Shown piece after piece: positions 1 through 9,805 of a stretch of 32,000 nt of DNA. The notes below the pieces were generated by a model. It saw only the letters and a program-made list of their open reading frames with translations. It made no database searches and was not told the origin of the DNA. The stretch is from Prochlorococcus sp. MIT 0801 (GTDB taxonomy: Bacteria; Cyanobacteriota; Cyanobacteriia; PCC-6307; Cyanobiaceae), in the NCBI RefSeq assembly GCF_000757865.1, contig NZ_CP007754.1, forward strand, positions 810,001 to 842,000. Reading direction: 5' to 3'. Both the position numbers and the translations under genes were made by a program. How positions within the stretch are numbered: position 1 is the first letter of the stretch; each line of letters opens with the position of its first letter.

Positions 1-1162
1 TTTCTTTATTTAAAGCATTTTGAAGCCAATCCCAGTAATATTGAACCATTTTATCTTCTCCTAATAGTTTTACATTATCTTTTTGTATGTAGCCCATTTG
101 ATCATTAAAAGTTTGAGTTTTTAGGACTAAATAATCTTCACTAAAAATCTTATAAAATGTTCTTCTTTGTAGATGACTAAATAAAACTAGATTTGTAAAC
201 AATTTATTTTTAAGGAATTTTCTATAATGCCTTACAATGACCCTTGCCTTATTATTTCCTAGTGGAATATGATCAAGAACTTGAATATATCTTGTACTTT
301 CAGGTGAGCCTTTATATATAAAAATTCTTCCAGGAGGTACGAATTTTATTCTAATAAACTCTTCTTGCCCATTTGTTTTATATGAATATATACTTTCTAT
401 TTGCCTATTATCTCTTTTTATTTTTTGATTGAAACTAGTTATTGTTTCCCTACTTACATTCTTGTCGGGGATGGTGTCTCCGTGCATCCAGAATACATGC
501 AATATATCCAGATGATTTTCTATAATTCTTGCCCAATCTGCTTTGAAATCTACATAAACTTCTTCATATTCATATTCTAAAGATGGAAATCCATAGGAAT
601 CAGGAAGAAGGCTATTGATTGAAGATTTAATTTGAAAGTCTTCAATGTTTGCTAATGGTGTCCCTGTATAATAAATATAAATATATCCTTCTTTCTCTAC
701 ACATGGATATTGAAAGAGTTTTATACTTTTTGCATAATTATCGTAATTGGAATCAATAATATGTTGACAGGTTATTCTATCTAAATTTGTGCAACTTCCT
801 TGAGATGAAAACCTTGCTCCGTGATAAGGACAAACAAGTTGTCCGTTAATCACTTCACCGCCTAGAAATGAAGCTCCTCTGTGAGGACATACATCTTTTA
901 CGCATTTAACAATACCTTCTCTATCGCGATACAAAACAAGTGGCTCATTATAAATTGTGAAGTGATTTAATTTACCCTCCTTTATTGACTCGCTGCTTGA
1001 TACCGAATACCAACCTAGTAGTCCATTTGTTAGTTGATTAGATGGCTTGGGAGCAATATTCTCTAAATCTTTTACACTTTCTTTCTCATTAAGAGTAGAT
1101 CTAATGAGGTTATTAGTCTCATATTCAAATGATTTATTATTTTTTCCATTTTCTTCGTTCAT
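1..1162 (-). CDS. Rieske [2Fe-2S] / mononuclear non-haem iron oxygenase of the PAO-CAO-Tic55 type; C-terminus lies outside the window; probable Prochlorococcus-type chlorophyllide a oxygenase (Chl b synthase)
   Basis: Absent from the track because no stop codon lies in the window. Manual reverse-strand translation from the ATG at 1162-1160 stays open to position 1 (about 387 codons, MNEENGKNNKSFEYE...). It shows a Rieske motif C-P-H-x16-C-P-Y-H (CPHRGASFLGGEVINGQLVCPYHGA) and an iron motif ENHLDILHVFWMH (E-x3-D-x2-H-x4-H). The CAO assignment rests on family knowledge, not a search. Confidence 0.7.
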   Translation of the reverse strand, partial: MNEENGKNNKSFEYETNNLIRSTLNEKESVKDLENIAPKPSNQLTNGLLGWYSVSSSESIKEGKLNHFTIYNEPLVLYRDREGIVKCVKDVCPHRGASFLGGEVINGQLVCPYHGARFSSQGSCTNLDRITCQHIIDSNYDNYAKSIKLFQYPCVEKEGYIYIYYTGTPLANIEDFQIKSSINSLLPDSYGFPSLEYEYEEVYVDFKADWARIIENHLDILHVFWMHGDTIPDKNVSRETITSFNQKIKRDNRQIESIYSYKTNGQEEFIRIKFVPPGRIFIYKGSPESTRYIQVLDHIPLGNNKARVIVRHYRKFLKNKLFTNLVLFSHLQRRTFYKIFSEDYLVLKTQTFNDQMGYIQKDNVKLLGEDKMVQYYWDWLQNALNKE

Positions 1163-1341
1163 AGCCAATCAGCTCTTTTAGTGAGAAAAAATTTGGCTCA
1201 TCTAAAGAGTATTCTCATGATATGTTTAAAGTCTCAAAAAAATAGCACCTAATGCCTTCCAGTATCGATTAAATTTACATAAAAAAACTTCAAAGTTTTT
1301 TCCACGTTGAAATCAATTTGTTTAAGTCATTATTAACGTTT

Positions 1342-1366
1342 AAAAATCCCTTTTTTAAAGGGTTTT
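1342..1366 (-). terminator. Hairpin with flanking A/T runs, overlapping the stop codon of ORF 1355..1594
   Basis: The sequence is aaaaat-CCCTTT-ttt-AAAGGG-tttt. It forms a 6-bp stem (1348-1353 with 1357-1362) and a 3-nt loop. On the minus strand the stem is followed by AUUUUU. Confidence 0.4.
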
Positions 1367-1594
1367 AGGAGAGAACTCAATGCTTGATACAAATTCTGAT
1401 GCTTCGTTTATGTCATTGCAAAACTTACATGTTCCTAGATAGCATCCTAGGTATCTCATGAAGGAAGTTTTTCCGCCTGAAAGTTGATATCTATGAATGG
1501 TACCTCCCTGAGGGGTGGCTTTAACTAGTTGAGGTAAAGTAGTCATTAACAAATTACTTTTTTCTAAGTTGCTTATTAAATCGATAAATTGCAA
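1355..1594 (-). CDS. Hypothetical 79-aa protein (TTG start; alternative ATG at residue 17); possibly a gene remnant
   Basis: Track ORF with its own terminator-like hairpin at the stop. It contains YQLSGGKTSF, which resembles an ABC/SMC signature (LSGG), but has no Walker motifs. Confidence 0.3.
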   Translation of the reverse strand: MQFIDLISNLEKSNLLMTTLPQLVKATPQGGTIHRYQLSGGKTSFMRYLGCYLGTCKFCNDINEASEFVSSIEFSPKTL

Positions 1595-1671
1595 TGAGTA
1601 TATTTACGAAAACAGTTAAGTTTTTAATGTCTTTTGCTTTTCTTTATTTTTTATAGGCCCAAATGAGATAA

Positions 1672-1842
1672 CTAATCCGCGTATCCATCATCATCTTCTC
1701 TATTGATTATTCTAGGGGTATTCTTGACATGTTCGTCCCATGGATGAACATATGATTCTTTATCTGAGTAGACCTCGCTCTTCAACTCTTCTATCAAAGT
1801 TTCAAATTGTTTGATAATTCTCTTTAGATTGTCTTTTTTCAT
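1672..1842 (-). CDS. Small hypothetical protein, 56 aa (below the track cutoff)
   Basis: Manual translation gives MKKDNLKRIIKQFETLIEELKSEVYSDKESYVHPWDEHVKNTPRIINREDDDGYAD*. It has an ATG start, a non-repetitive composition and the same strand as the next ORF. Confidence 0.3.
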   Translation of the reverse strand: MKKDNLKRIIKQFETLIEELKSEVYSDKESYVHPWDEHVKNTPRIINREDDDGYAD

Positions 1843-2176
1843 TTATATAGTTCCTGATTTATAAAATTATTTATTTATTATAATAGTTTATTCATTGATT
1901 TGATGTTTACTTAATTATTTTGAACCTTTCTGAATGCTAACTTTGATAAATTATTGAATGACTGAGTTTGTGAATATAAAAGAATTCGCCAATAAATCTG
2001 AATTTAATAAAAATATTGCCGTTTTTCTATGAAAATGTCACTTTACGTTTCAACAGTTTTAACTTGACTTCAGTCAGATGCTATTATTTTTTATAATGAT
2101 TATTTATAATCTATCTTTTATTTTTTCAAAGCCTTTTGCAGTATCTTAAATTTCTTAAAAGAGAAAATTAGATATT

Positions 2177-3223
2177 ATGAGATTACTACTTACCGGCGGA
2201 GCAGGTTTTATTGGTTCTCATACGTCTTTGTTATTGCTTCAGAGAGGGTATGATGTAATAATCTATGACTCTTTTGTTAATTCCTCTTATAAAGTAATTA
2301 ATGTAATAAAATCTTATTTGGATTCTGATGGAATTGATTATAAATTAAAAACAATAAAAGGTGATATTAGAGATAAAAGTTCCTTGGAAAAAATCTTTAA
2401 AGATTCTATTAAAGAGGGAAATGCAATACAAGCAGTTATACATTTTGCTGGTTTGAAATCAGTTGCTGAATCAGTAAAATATCCTCTAAAGTATTGGGAT
2501 GTGAATGTATGTGGAACTAAAAATCTTTTAGAAATCATGAAAGATAATGAATGTTACTCAATAGTTTTTAGTAGTAGTGCAACTATCTATGGCTTAACAA
2601 ATGCCGTGCCTATCAGTGAAGATCAAACCGTTTCACCTATGAATCCTTATGGAAAAACAAAAGTAGCTATCGAAAATATGTTATGTGATTTGTTCAAATC
2701 TAATATGAACTTATGGAAAATTTGTTCATTACGTTATTTTAATCCAGTTGGTGCTCATCCATCAGGTTTGATGGGGGAAGATCCAATTGGAATACCAAGT
2801 AATCTATTTCCATATATCACTCAGGTTGCCATACGAAGAATAAATCTTTTAAAGGTATTTGGTGATAATTGGAATACTGAAGATGGTTCGGGAGTTAGAG
2901 ATTATATTCATATAATGGATTTATCTGAAGGTCATATAGACGCAATAGGTTTTTTAAAATCAAAAAAATCCATTTACGAAAGTATTAATTTGGGTTCTGG
3001 AAAAGGATACTCTGTATTTCAGATTATTCGTGAATTTGAGCTGTCTACAGGTTGTGAAATCCCTTTTTTAATTGAAGGGAGAAGAGATGGTGATGTTGCT
3101 GAATATTATGCTGATATTTCAAAGGCCGAGCGTTTACTTGGATGGTCTCCAAAAAGATCTTTAAAGCAAATTTGCATAGATGGTTGGAATTGGCAGAGAA
3201 ATAATCCAGAAGGTTATACATAG
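2177..3223 (+). CDS. galE: UDP-glucose 4-epimerase
   Basis: 348 aa. It has an N-terminal Rossmann motif LLTGGAGFIGSH and a catalytic YxxxK (PYGKTK). Full-length SDR epimerase architecture, including RYFNPVGAHPSG and the DGSGVRDYIHIMDL block. Confidence 0.9.
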   Translation: MRLLLTGGAGFIGSHTSLLLLQRGYDVIIYDSFVNSSYKVINVIKSYLDSDGIDYKLKTIKGDIRDKSSLEKIFKDSIKEGNAIQAVIHFAGLKSVAESVKYPLKYWDVNVCGTKNLLEIMKDNECYSIVFSSSATIYGLTNAVPISEDQTVSPMNPYGKTKVAIENMLCDLFKSNMNLWKICSLRYFNPVGAHPSGLMGEDPIGIPSNLFPYITQVAIRRINLLKVFGDNWNTEDGSGVRDYIHIMDLSEGHIDAIGFLKSKKSIYESINLGSGKGYSVFQIIREFELSTGCEIPFLIEGRRDGDVAEYYADISKAERLLGWSPKRSLKQICIDGWNWQRNNPEGYT

Positions 3224-3345
3224 CCAAAATCCTTCAGATTTTTCAATGGGAAATTCATTGCTGGTATTTATTATCTTTTACTGTTTATTTAAGTAACTTC
3301 CTAAAAAAAATGCATAAAAAAACACCTGAGGGCTAAGTTTTTAAT

Positions 3346-3399
3346 TGGTTGCGGGGGCAAGAATTGAACTTGCGACCTTCGGGTTGTGAGCCCGACGAG
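3346..3399 (-). repeat. Truncated, diverged copy of the 3' 54 nt of tRNA-fMet (tRNA fragment, att-like)
   Basis: 3343-3399 aligns with 3563-3619 with 3 mismatches in 57 nt, in the same orientation. Homology ends abruptly after cccgacgag. No D-arm or 5' acceptor strand follows. Confidence 0.8.
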
Positions 3400-3530
3400 A
3401 TGATCATTTTTGTTGATTTCTGATTAATCCAATCACTGGAATAGTTCTTGCCTGATTAATCACTATTCTTTTTTCTGCAAAGTGAGTATGGTTGTTTACA
3501 TTTAATTGCTTTAATAGTGTTATAAAAGCA

Positions 3531-3558
3531 TAAAAAAAGCCTGTGATAGCAGGCTTTT
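3531..3558 (-). terminator. Intrinsic terminator downstream of tRNA-fMet
   Basis: Stem AGCCTG (3538-3543) pairs with CAGGCT (3550-3555) around a 6-nt loop. On the minus strand it is followed by UUUUUUU. Confidence 0.6.
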
Positions 3559-3565
3559 CGGGAAT

Positions 3566-3642
<77 letters not shown>

Positions 3643-3652
3643 AAGCTTTAAA

Positions 3653-3658
3653 ATCATA
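3653..3658 (-). promoter_or_regulatory. Candidate -10 box (TATGAT) for tRNA-fMet
   Basis: On the minus strand TATGAT ends 10 nt upstream of the mature tRNA 5' end. The -35 region is poor (TTAATT at 17-nt spacing). Confidence 0.25.
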
Positions 3659-3694
3659 CATCTTTATGTGACGTGAATTAATCGTTTGTTTGGG

Positions 3695-4657
3695 TTAGGG
3701 GATCTTTAATTCTCCTTCAACTTCTATATAAATACCTGGCTTTTTCTGAAGGATGATTTCATCAAGCTCTTCAATTGCTGATGGAGTGATCCATTCGAGT
3801 TGTCGAAGAAGATGTATTGCCACTGCATGCTTTGCTCTTTTTGATCCATCCTCAACCTTTATTGAGAGTCCAATTCCTTCCCCCAGAAGACCAATACATT
3901 GGATCCCTTCACTTCCACCTTTGCTGATAATTTGATTGTGACCTCTTTTTATTAATTCAGAATCAAAATATCCTTCGCCAGCAATCAGGTCTGGATTTTT
4001 TGTCATAGCAGAAGTTATTTTTTTAAATTCAGGTTGGTCAGACTTAGACAAATGAGCATATAAAACCGCCATTTGAGATAAACGCAAAAGTAACGTTGGA
4101 GCACCACAGTCATCTCTTTCGGCAATTAATTCTTCGGCAGGTATTTTTAATAACTCGGCAACTAGCCTGAAAATTTCTTTCTGCAGTGGATGATGTCCCA
4201 TTAGATAGCTATCGCGATCCCAGTTCATTTTTTTGCATGTTGCTAGAAATGCTGAATGCTTTCCTGAGCAATTGTGTTGAAGTTTGCTTTCTCTATTTTG
4301 AGGTATTGGGCATTTAAGCTCTTTTACATCTATATCTGCATTCCAAAGGAGCTTGAATGCTGTTCTAGCTTGAACTGATGAGCCACTATGAGAACCACAT
4401 GCCAGCGCTAAGGTCTTATTGTCAAAATTATATTTTTCGAATGCACCACTTGTAATGAAAGGCATTGCTTGGAAAGGTTTTAATGCTGATCGTATGAAAG
4501 TTTCATATTCACATAACCCTGCTTTCATTAATGTCCTTCCTTTCTTATCACAAATTGAAGCGTGGGCTCTGTGAATGGATTCAACACTTGAACCTCTTTT
4601 TACTAGAACCTTCAAAGAATTGTTGCTGAGATTTGAATAATTGTTTTGTAAATTCAT
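3695..4657 (-). CDS. Asparaginase II family protein (Rhizobium etli-type L-asparaginase fold)
   Basis: 320 aa. The blocks VESIHRAHA, SALKPFQA, ACGSHSGS, NCSGKHSAF and DDCGAP match my recollection of the PF06089-type family. Confidence 0.8.
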   Translation of the reverse strand: MNLQNNYSNLSNNSLKVLVKRGSSVESIHRAHASICDKKGRTLMKAGLCEYETFIRSALKPFQAMPFITSGAFEKYNFDNKTLALACGSHSGSSVQARTAFKLLWNADIDVKELKCPIPQNRESKLQHNCSGKHSAFLATCKKMNWDRDSYLMGHHPLQKEIFRLVAELLKIPAEELIAERDDCGAPTLLLRLSQMAVLYAHLSKSDQPEFKKITSAMTKNPDLIAGEGYFDSELIKRGHNQIISKGGSEGIQCIGLLGEGIGLSIKVEDGSKRAKHAVAIHLLRQLEWITPSAIEELDEIILQKKPGIYIEVEGELKIP

Positions 4658-4660
4658 CTA

Positions 4661-5158
4661 TTAATTCATTTCTAAAAGTATAAATAAAATTGAAGATATG
4701 ATAATTGATATTAATAGTACTATAATTACTTCTAAATGATTTATAACTGGTTTAATTTGGTATTGAGCTATGAGTAAATCTTTTGCTCTCCAATCAATTG
4801 GCTTTTCCCAAGTCTGTCCATCATACCAACCAGATTCTTCATATTCAATGTTTTCAGAATTAAGGCGTTTATATATGTATACCCAACTTAACCATTGCCT
4901 GATTAGTAATAATATAGGAAAAGCAATAGATGCAGTAAGGCTTACAAAAATAAGTTCAAAAAGGTTGTTTTTAAGGTAATCACTTCCATAAGAAATCGTT
5001 AAACAAACTGGTATAATTAATAACCAACTAAATATTAATTTCCTGTAAAAAATATTTCTTTCTAAAAAAGGCCAGGAGATTATCCATGAATTTCTAATAC
5101 TATTAAATTCATTTAGTGGTCTTTGGTTTAGAGGCACAGGGCATATTGTTTTATTCAT
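4661..5158 (-). CDS. ycf36: Ycf36 / CGLD27 family membrane protein (DUF1230)
   Basis: 165 aa. It has the N-terminal motif CPVPLNQRPLNEF followed by two hydrophobic helices and WYDGQTWEKP. It overlaps the rsfS stop by 8 nt. Confidence 0.7.
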   Translation of the reverse strand: MNKTICPVPLNQRPLNEFNSIRNSWIISWPFLERNIFYRKLIFSWLLIIPVCLTISYGSDYLKNNLFELIFVSLTASIAFPILLLIRQWLSWVYIYKRLNSENIEYEESGWYDGQTWEKPIDWRAKDLLIAQYQIKPVINHLEVIIVLLISIIISSILFILLEMN

Positions 5159-5531
5159 CCATTAACGCTATTAATTTATTATTTATAAGATTATGAATAA
5201 TGCCATTGCTCCAGAATGACTCTAAATCATAAAATTTTCTTTCATTAGGTTGAAAAACATTAATTATTAGATCTCCATAATCTAATAAAGCCCATTTCGC
5301 CTCATTTATTCCTTCCTTTCGAAGAGGTAGTAGATCTGCTTCCTCTCTGAGTGTCTTTTCTACATTATTAACTATTGCCCTTACTTGAACATCTGAAAGT
5401 CCTTCAGTAATTAATATCCAATCAGCAATACTTGATACTTCATCAACTTTTAAAAGTTTTATATCGCCAGCTTTTCTATCATCGCAAGCAACAGCAGCTA
5501 GTTCAATTAACCTATTGCTATCCATAAACAT
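5151..5531 (-). CDS. rsfS: Ribosomal silencing factor RsfS (iojap family)
   Basis: The blocks DWILITEGLSDVQVRAI and WALLDYGDLIINVFQP are typical of RsfS. I chose the internal ATG (MFMDSNRL, 5531) rather than the track start at 5597, which would overlap the upstream gene by 80 nt. ATG 5525 is also possible. Confidence 0.8.
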   Translation of the reverse strand: MFMDSNRLIELAAVACDDRKAGDIKLLKVDEVSSIADWILITEGLSDVQVRAIVNNVEKTLREEADLLPLRKEGINEAKWALLDYGDLIINVFQPNERKFYDLESFWSNGIIHNLINNKLIALMDE

Positions 5532-6153
5532 TTTCACTTGTAACTGACTTTTGAGATCCTTCTTGAGATGCCATTTCTGCGCGAGCTCTTTCAGCACTCT
5601 TTCTTAGTGCTTCTAATCTATCTTCATAGAATGTACGCTTTTTTTTCTTCCTAGATTTTTCAACTAAATCTTTTAATGCACCACCAAGACTCTTGTAAGC
5701 ATTTGGAACGCTATATCCAAATCTGCATGCCAAATCTATAGCCCTCTCATCAGCGGATATGGCATCTTGTAATCGTTTTTCTGAATTATTTTTTAAGTAA
5801 AGCCTATAACCTGCAAAACCTGACAATCCAAGTGCCATTAAAAGGAGCAATCCGTCTTGAACCCATAATTCTCCAATAGCGCCACCCAAACCTATTGCAA
5901 GAGCAGCCATTTCCCAGCCATCTCTTGGAATAGTGTCATTTTGAATGCGTCCCACCTCATGCCAAAACAATAGATTTCTATGATCTTGAGCTAAATAGTC
6001 CCATTGCTCAAGGTCAACCTGAATCTCTACCTCATCTCGCCCAATTTCTTCAAGCGTGATGAGAGGAGGATCTATTGCTGCTGCGGCTTCAATGAATACC
6101 CAGCTTTGGTTCTCTGGTGGCAGCAGCCCTTTTAGGCGCTGTAGTTCGCTCAT
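5518..6153 (-). CDS. Conserved cyanobacterial membrane protein (possibly DUF3318)
   Basis: 211 aa. It has two central hydrophobic helices (WEMAALAIGLGGAIGELW, LLLLMALGLSGFAGYRLYL) and a basic C-terminal tail. The family name is from memory only. Confidence 0.6.
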   Translation of the reverse strand: MSELQRLKGLLPPENQSWVFIEAAAAIDPPLITLEEIGRDEVEIQVDLEQWDYLAQDHRNLLFWHEVGRIQNDTIPRDGWEMAALAIGLGGAIGELWVQDGLLLLMALGLSGFAGYRLYLKNNSEKRLQDAISADERAIDLACRFGYSVPNAYKSLGGALKDLVEKSRKKKKRTFYEDRLEALRKSAERARAEMASQEGSQKSVTSENVYG

Positions 6154-6273
6154 ACTCTTTGTTTCTTATTCGGAAAGTTAGTTAAACTTTAATGGTAGTT
6201 TGCCGATCTAGACAGTAGATGATAAACAGATACCTAGAATGCGTGACATAAATGAAGTTTACAAGAAATTCAA

Positions 6274-9200
6274 ATGCCACGGCGTAAAGATATACGTCGG
6301 ATTTTGATACTAGGGTCTGGCCCAATTGTTATTGGACAGGCCTGTGAATTCGACTATTCCGGTACCCAAGCATGCAAAGCGCTTAGAAGCGAAGGTTTTG
6401 AAGTCATTTTAGTTAACTCTAATCCAGCTTCAATAATGACCGATCCTGAAACGGCAAACAGGACCTATGTTGAACCATTAACGGCTCAAGTTGTTGAACA
6501 AATTATTGAAAGAGAAAGACCTGATGCTCTTTTGCCCACAATGGGTGGGCAAACTGCTTTGAATATTTCAGTAGAATTGGCAGAATCTGGAATTTTAGAA
6601 AAATATAATATCGAATTAATTGGTGCTGATCTTCATGCAATAAAAAAGGCTGAGGATAGAAATTTATTTAAAATAGCGATGGAAAATATTGGAGTTGATG
6701 TATGTCCCTCTGGTATTGCTTCCAATCTTCAAGAAGCTGAAATAGTTGGAAATGAAATTTCTTCATTCCCAAAAATCATTCGTCCTGCTTTCACATTAGG
6801 AGGCAGCGGAGGTGGAATAGCTTATAACCAGGATGAATTTTTGGAATTATGTAAAACAGGCTTAGATGCTAGTCCTGTTTCTCAAATACTCATCGAAAAA
6901 TCCCTTTTAGGTTGGAAAGAATTTGAGTTAGAAGTTATGAGGGATTTATCAGATAATGTTGTAATTATATGCAGTATTGAAAATGTTGATCCTATGGGAG
7001 TTCACACTGGAGATTCCATTACAGTAGCTCCTGCGCAAACTCTAACTGATAGAGAATATCAACGTTTAAGAGACTATTCAATTTCAATAATTAGAGAAAT
7101 TGGAGTAGCAACTGGTGGAAGCAATATCCAATTTGCAATTAATCCTAATAATGGTGAAATAATAGTAATTGAGATGAATCCTCGTGTTAGTAGATCATCA
7201 GCTTTAGCAAGTAAAGCTACAGGTTTTCCTATTGCAAAAATTGCCGCTCTTTTAGCTGTTGGTTATAGACTAGATGAGATTATTAACGATATTACTGGTA
7301 AGACTCCTGCGAGTTTTGAACCTTCAATTGATTACGTAGTTACTAAAATACCTCGTTTTGCATTTGAAAAGTTTTCAGGAAGTTCTTCAATTCTTACTAC
7401 TTCTATGAAGTCAGTTGGTGAGGCCATGGCAATTGGAAGATGTTTTGAAGAATCTTTCCAAAAGGCAATACGATCTTTAGAAACAGGACTAAGTGGTTGG
7501 GGATGTGACCGAGTTGATCAAAATGTATCCTCTATTGAATTAGAAAGACTATTAAGGACGCCTTCTCCAGAGAGAATAATGCATGTTCGATTAGCAATGA
7601 AAAATGGCCGTAGCGATAATGAAATTTTTTCTTTTTCTAAAATAGACCCTTGGTTCTTATCAAAACTCAGAAACATAGTAGAAGCAGAGGATCAATTACT
7701 TAATTATAAAAATATTACTCAATTAGAGCCTAATTTTTTCTTTAAACTAAAACAACTTGGATTCTCTGATCGTCAGATTGCCTTTGCGCTAAATACTGAT
7801 GAATTAACAATTAGATCTAGAAGAAACTACCTTAAAATATTACCTGTTTATAAAACAGTTGACACTTGTGCTTCTGAATTTTCCTCGAATACACCTTATC
7901 ATTATTCTACATATGAAAGACCAGCCTACAGGATTGATAACGATGGGAATATACTCAAGAACATTAATCTTAATGAAATAAAAAATGATAATAAAAATAA
8001 AATTTTAATTTTGGGTGGAGGTCCAAATCGTATTGGACAAGGTATCGAATTTGATTATTGTTGTTGTCATGCTTCTTATCAAGCTCAAGAGGATGATTTT
8101 ACAACAATAATGATAAATAGTAACCCTGAAACCGTTTCTACTGATTATGACACTAGCGACATACTTTACTTTGAACCTTTAACTCTTGAAGATGTTCTAA
8201 ATGTTATTGAATTTGAGGAACCTTATGGAATAGTAGTTCAATTTGGAGGGCAAACTCCTTTGAAACTCTCCTTACCAATAGTCAATTGGTTAGTGAAATC
8301 GGAAAACTCAAAATTACGAACCAAGGTTTTAGGTACATCCCCTATCTCTATAGATTTGGCAGAAGATAGAGAGCAATTTGACAAGGTTTTGAGGAGATTA
8401 GATATTAGGCAACCCAAAAATGGTCTTGCTAGAACTTTTGATGAATCTTTGAATGTAGCTAATAAAGTTGGCTACCCATTGGTTGTTAGGCCTTCATATG
8501 TTCTCGGTGGTAGAGCGATGGAAATTGTTTATAAGCAAGATGAATTGGAAAGATACATAAAGGAAGCTGTAAACGTTGAGCCAGATCATCCAATCCTTAT
8601 CGATCAATATTTAGAGAATGCAATTGAGGTTGATGTTGATGCTTTGTGTGATGTAAGCAAAAATGTTGTGATTGGAGGATTGATGGAGCATATAGAGCCC
8701 GCTGGTATTCATTCTGGCGATTCAGCCTGTTGCCTTCCTTCCATAACGCTCTCTGCAGAATCAATTAAAACAATTAAGCATTGGACAAAATCTTTAGCTA
8801 TTGAACTTGATGTGGTTGGTCTAATTAACCTTCAATTTGCTGTCAAAAGAGATGATGAGGGTAATGAGATTGTTTACATTATTGAGGCAAATCCAAGGGC
8901 TTCAAGAACAGTTCCTTTCGTTTCTAAAGCCACTGGAGTCCCTCTAGCGAAAATTGCAACGCAGTTACTTTTAGGTAAAACACTAAAACATATTGGATTA
9001 AATCAAGAACCAATTCCTCCACTTCAGGCAATTAAAGAGGCTGTTATGCCTTTTAAACGTTTTCCTGGCTCAGACAGTCTTTTAGGACCAGAAATGCGTT
9101 CAACTGGTGAAGTAATGGGATCTGCAAAAACTTTTGGAATGGCCTATGCAAAATCCGAACTCGCGGCCGGAGAAGGATTGCCTACTTCTGGTTTTGTTTT

Positions 9201-9582
9201 CTTATCTACTCATGACCGAGATAAACCTGCATTGATTCCAGTAGCAAAGAAATTAATTGAACTAGGTTTTTCAGTTCTGGCAACATCTGGCACTTCCAAC
9301 TATCTCGAGAGATTTGATTTAAATGTAGAAAGGGTCCTTAAGGTTCACGAAGGTAGACCAAATATTGAGGATATGATTCGATCTGGAAAGGTTCAGTTGG
9401 TGATTAATACCCCAATTGGTCGTCAAGCAATTTATGATGATAAATATCTTAGAAAAGCTGCTCTAGACTACTCTGTGCCAACTTTAACAACCTTAAAGGG
9501 CGCTAGTGCTGCTGTAAAAGGTATAGAAGCATTGCAGAACCAAATTTTATCTGTTTCAGCTTTGCAAGATATTCATTCCTAA
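6274..9582 (+). CDS. carB: Carbamoyl-phosphate synthase large subunit
   Basis: 1102 aa. It has duplicated ATP-grasp halves beginning [21 protein letters not shown] and [21 protein letters not shown], plus a C-terminal MGS-like allosteric domain. Confidence 0.97.
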   Translation: MPRRKDIRRILILGSGPIVIGQACEFDYSGTQACKALRSEGFEVILVNSNPASIMTDPETANRTYVEPLTAQVVEQIIERERPDALLPTMGGQTALNISVELAESGILEKYNIELIGADLHAIKKAEDRNLFKIAMENIGVDVCPSGIASNLQEAEIVGNEISSFPKIIRPAFTLGGSGGGIAYNQDEFLELCKTGLDASPVSQILIEKSLLGWKEFELEVMRDLSDNVVIICSIENVDPMGVHTGDSITVAPAQTLTDREYQRLRDYSISIIREIGVATGGSNIQFAINPNNGEIIVIEMNPRVSRSSALASKATGFPIAKIAALLAVGYRLDEIINDITGKTPASFEPSIDYVVTKIPRFAFEKFSGSSSILTTSMKSVGEAMAIGRCFEESFQKAIRSLETGLSGWGCDRVDQNVSSIELERLLRTPSPERIMHVRLAMKNGRSDNEIFSFSKIDPWFLSKLRNIVEAEDQLLNYKNITQLEPNFFFKLKQLGFSDRQIAFALNTDELTIRSRRNYLKILPVYKTVDTCASEFSSNTPYHYSTYERPAYRIDNDGNILKNINLNEIKNDNKNKILILGGGPNRIGQGIEFDYCCCHASYQAQEDDFTTIMINSNPETVSTDYDTSDILYFEPLTLEDVLNVIEFEEPYGIVVQFGGQTPLKLSLPIVNWLVKSENSKLRTKVLGTSPISIDLAEDREQFDKVLRRLDIRQPKNGLARTFDESLNVANKVGYPLVVRPSYVLGGRAMEIVYKQDELERYIKEAVNVEPDHPILIDQYLENAIEVDVDALCDVSKNVVIGGLMEHIEPAGIHSGDSACCLPSITLSAESIKTIKHWTKSLAIELDVVGLINLQFAVKRDDEGNEIVYIIEANPRASRTVPFVSKATGVPLAKIATQLLLGKTLKHIGLNQEPIPPLQAIKEAVMPFKRFPGSDSLLGPEMRSTGEVMGSAKTFGMAYAKSELAAGEGLPTSGFVFLSTHDRDKPALIPVAKKLIELGFSVLATSGTSNYLERFDLNVERVLKVHEGRPNIEDMIRSGKVQLVINTPIGRQAIYDDKYLRKAALDYSVPTLTTLKGASAAVKGIEALQNQILSVSALQDIHS

Positions 9583-9805
9583 ACATCTTTTTGCTTATTA
9601 TCTAATCCAATTTCTCTCAGATATCTATTAAAATTAATATTAATTTTTTAAATCTGGTTTTTCTAAATTATTAAATATAAATTTTAAAAATTATTTTTTA
9701 GCTCATTTTTAGTCGTTTTAAGCAAAGCTCTATTACTACCTGATTAAAAATCCACCTTTTTTTCGAATAAAGACATACAATTATGTTCTTGCTTGATACT
9801 TAGGG

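Noticed and set aside
2338-2538. Track ORF (66 aa, minus strand) inside galE
   Set aside because: It lies entirely antisense to a full-length, motif-complete galE and has low-complexity composition. It is a shadow ORF of the kind expected in AT-rich DNA.
3045-3227. Track ORF (60 aa, minus strand) at the 3' end of galE
   Set aside because: It is antisense to galE and has no independent support.
3346-3399. Possibility that the partial tRNA copy is a functional tRNA (its anticodon loop would read CAC, Val)
   Set aside because: The sequence beyond 3399 (atgatcatttttgttgatttc) provides no D-arm and no 5' acceptor strand, so no cloverleaf can form.
3753-3935. Track ORF (60 aa, plus strand) inside the asparaginase II-like gene
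   Set aside because: It is antisense to a well-supported gene, and its Ser/Pro/Cys-rich composition is typical of a shadow frame.
4770-4979. Track ORF (69 aa, plus strand) inside ycf36
   Set aside because: It is antisense to the DUF1230 gene and has no motif.
5532-5597. N-terminal 22 residues of the track version of rsfS
   Set aside because: They would overlap the upstream gene by 80 nt. RsfS-family similarity begins after the internal ATG at 5531 or 5525.
9630-9647. Perfect 18-bp palindrome aaaattaatattaatttt downstream of carB
   Set aside because: It is composed only of A and T within a 220-bp A/T-only spacer. As RNA it would be a very weak hairpin. It is likely a compositional coincidence.
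9783-9803. Six-codon uORF (MFLLDT-stop) ending 2 nt before the acsF ATG, and an overlapping 11-codon uORF before carB (6252-6287)
   Set aside because: They are out of frame with the main genes, which have normal ATG starts. Short ATG-stop pairs are expected by chance in AT-rich leaders. This differs from the in-frame case at 22852, where the main ORF lacks an ATG.
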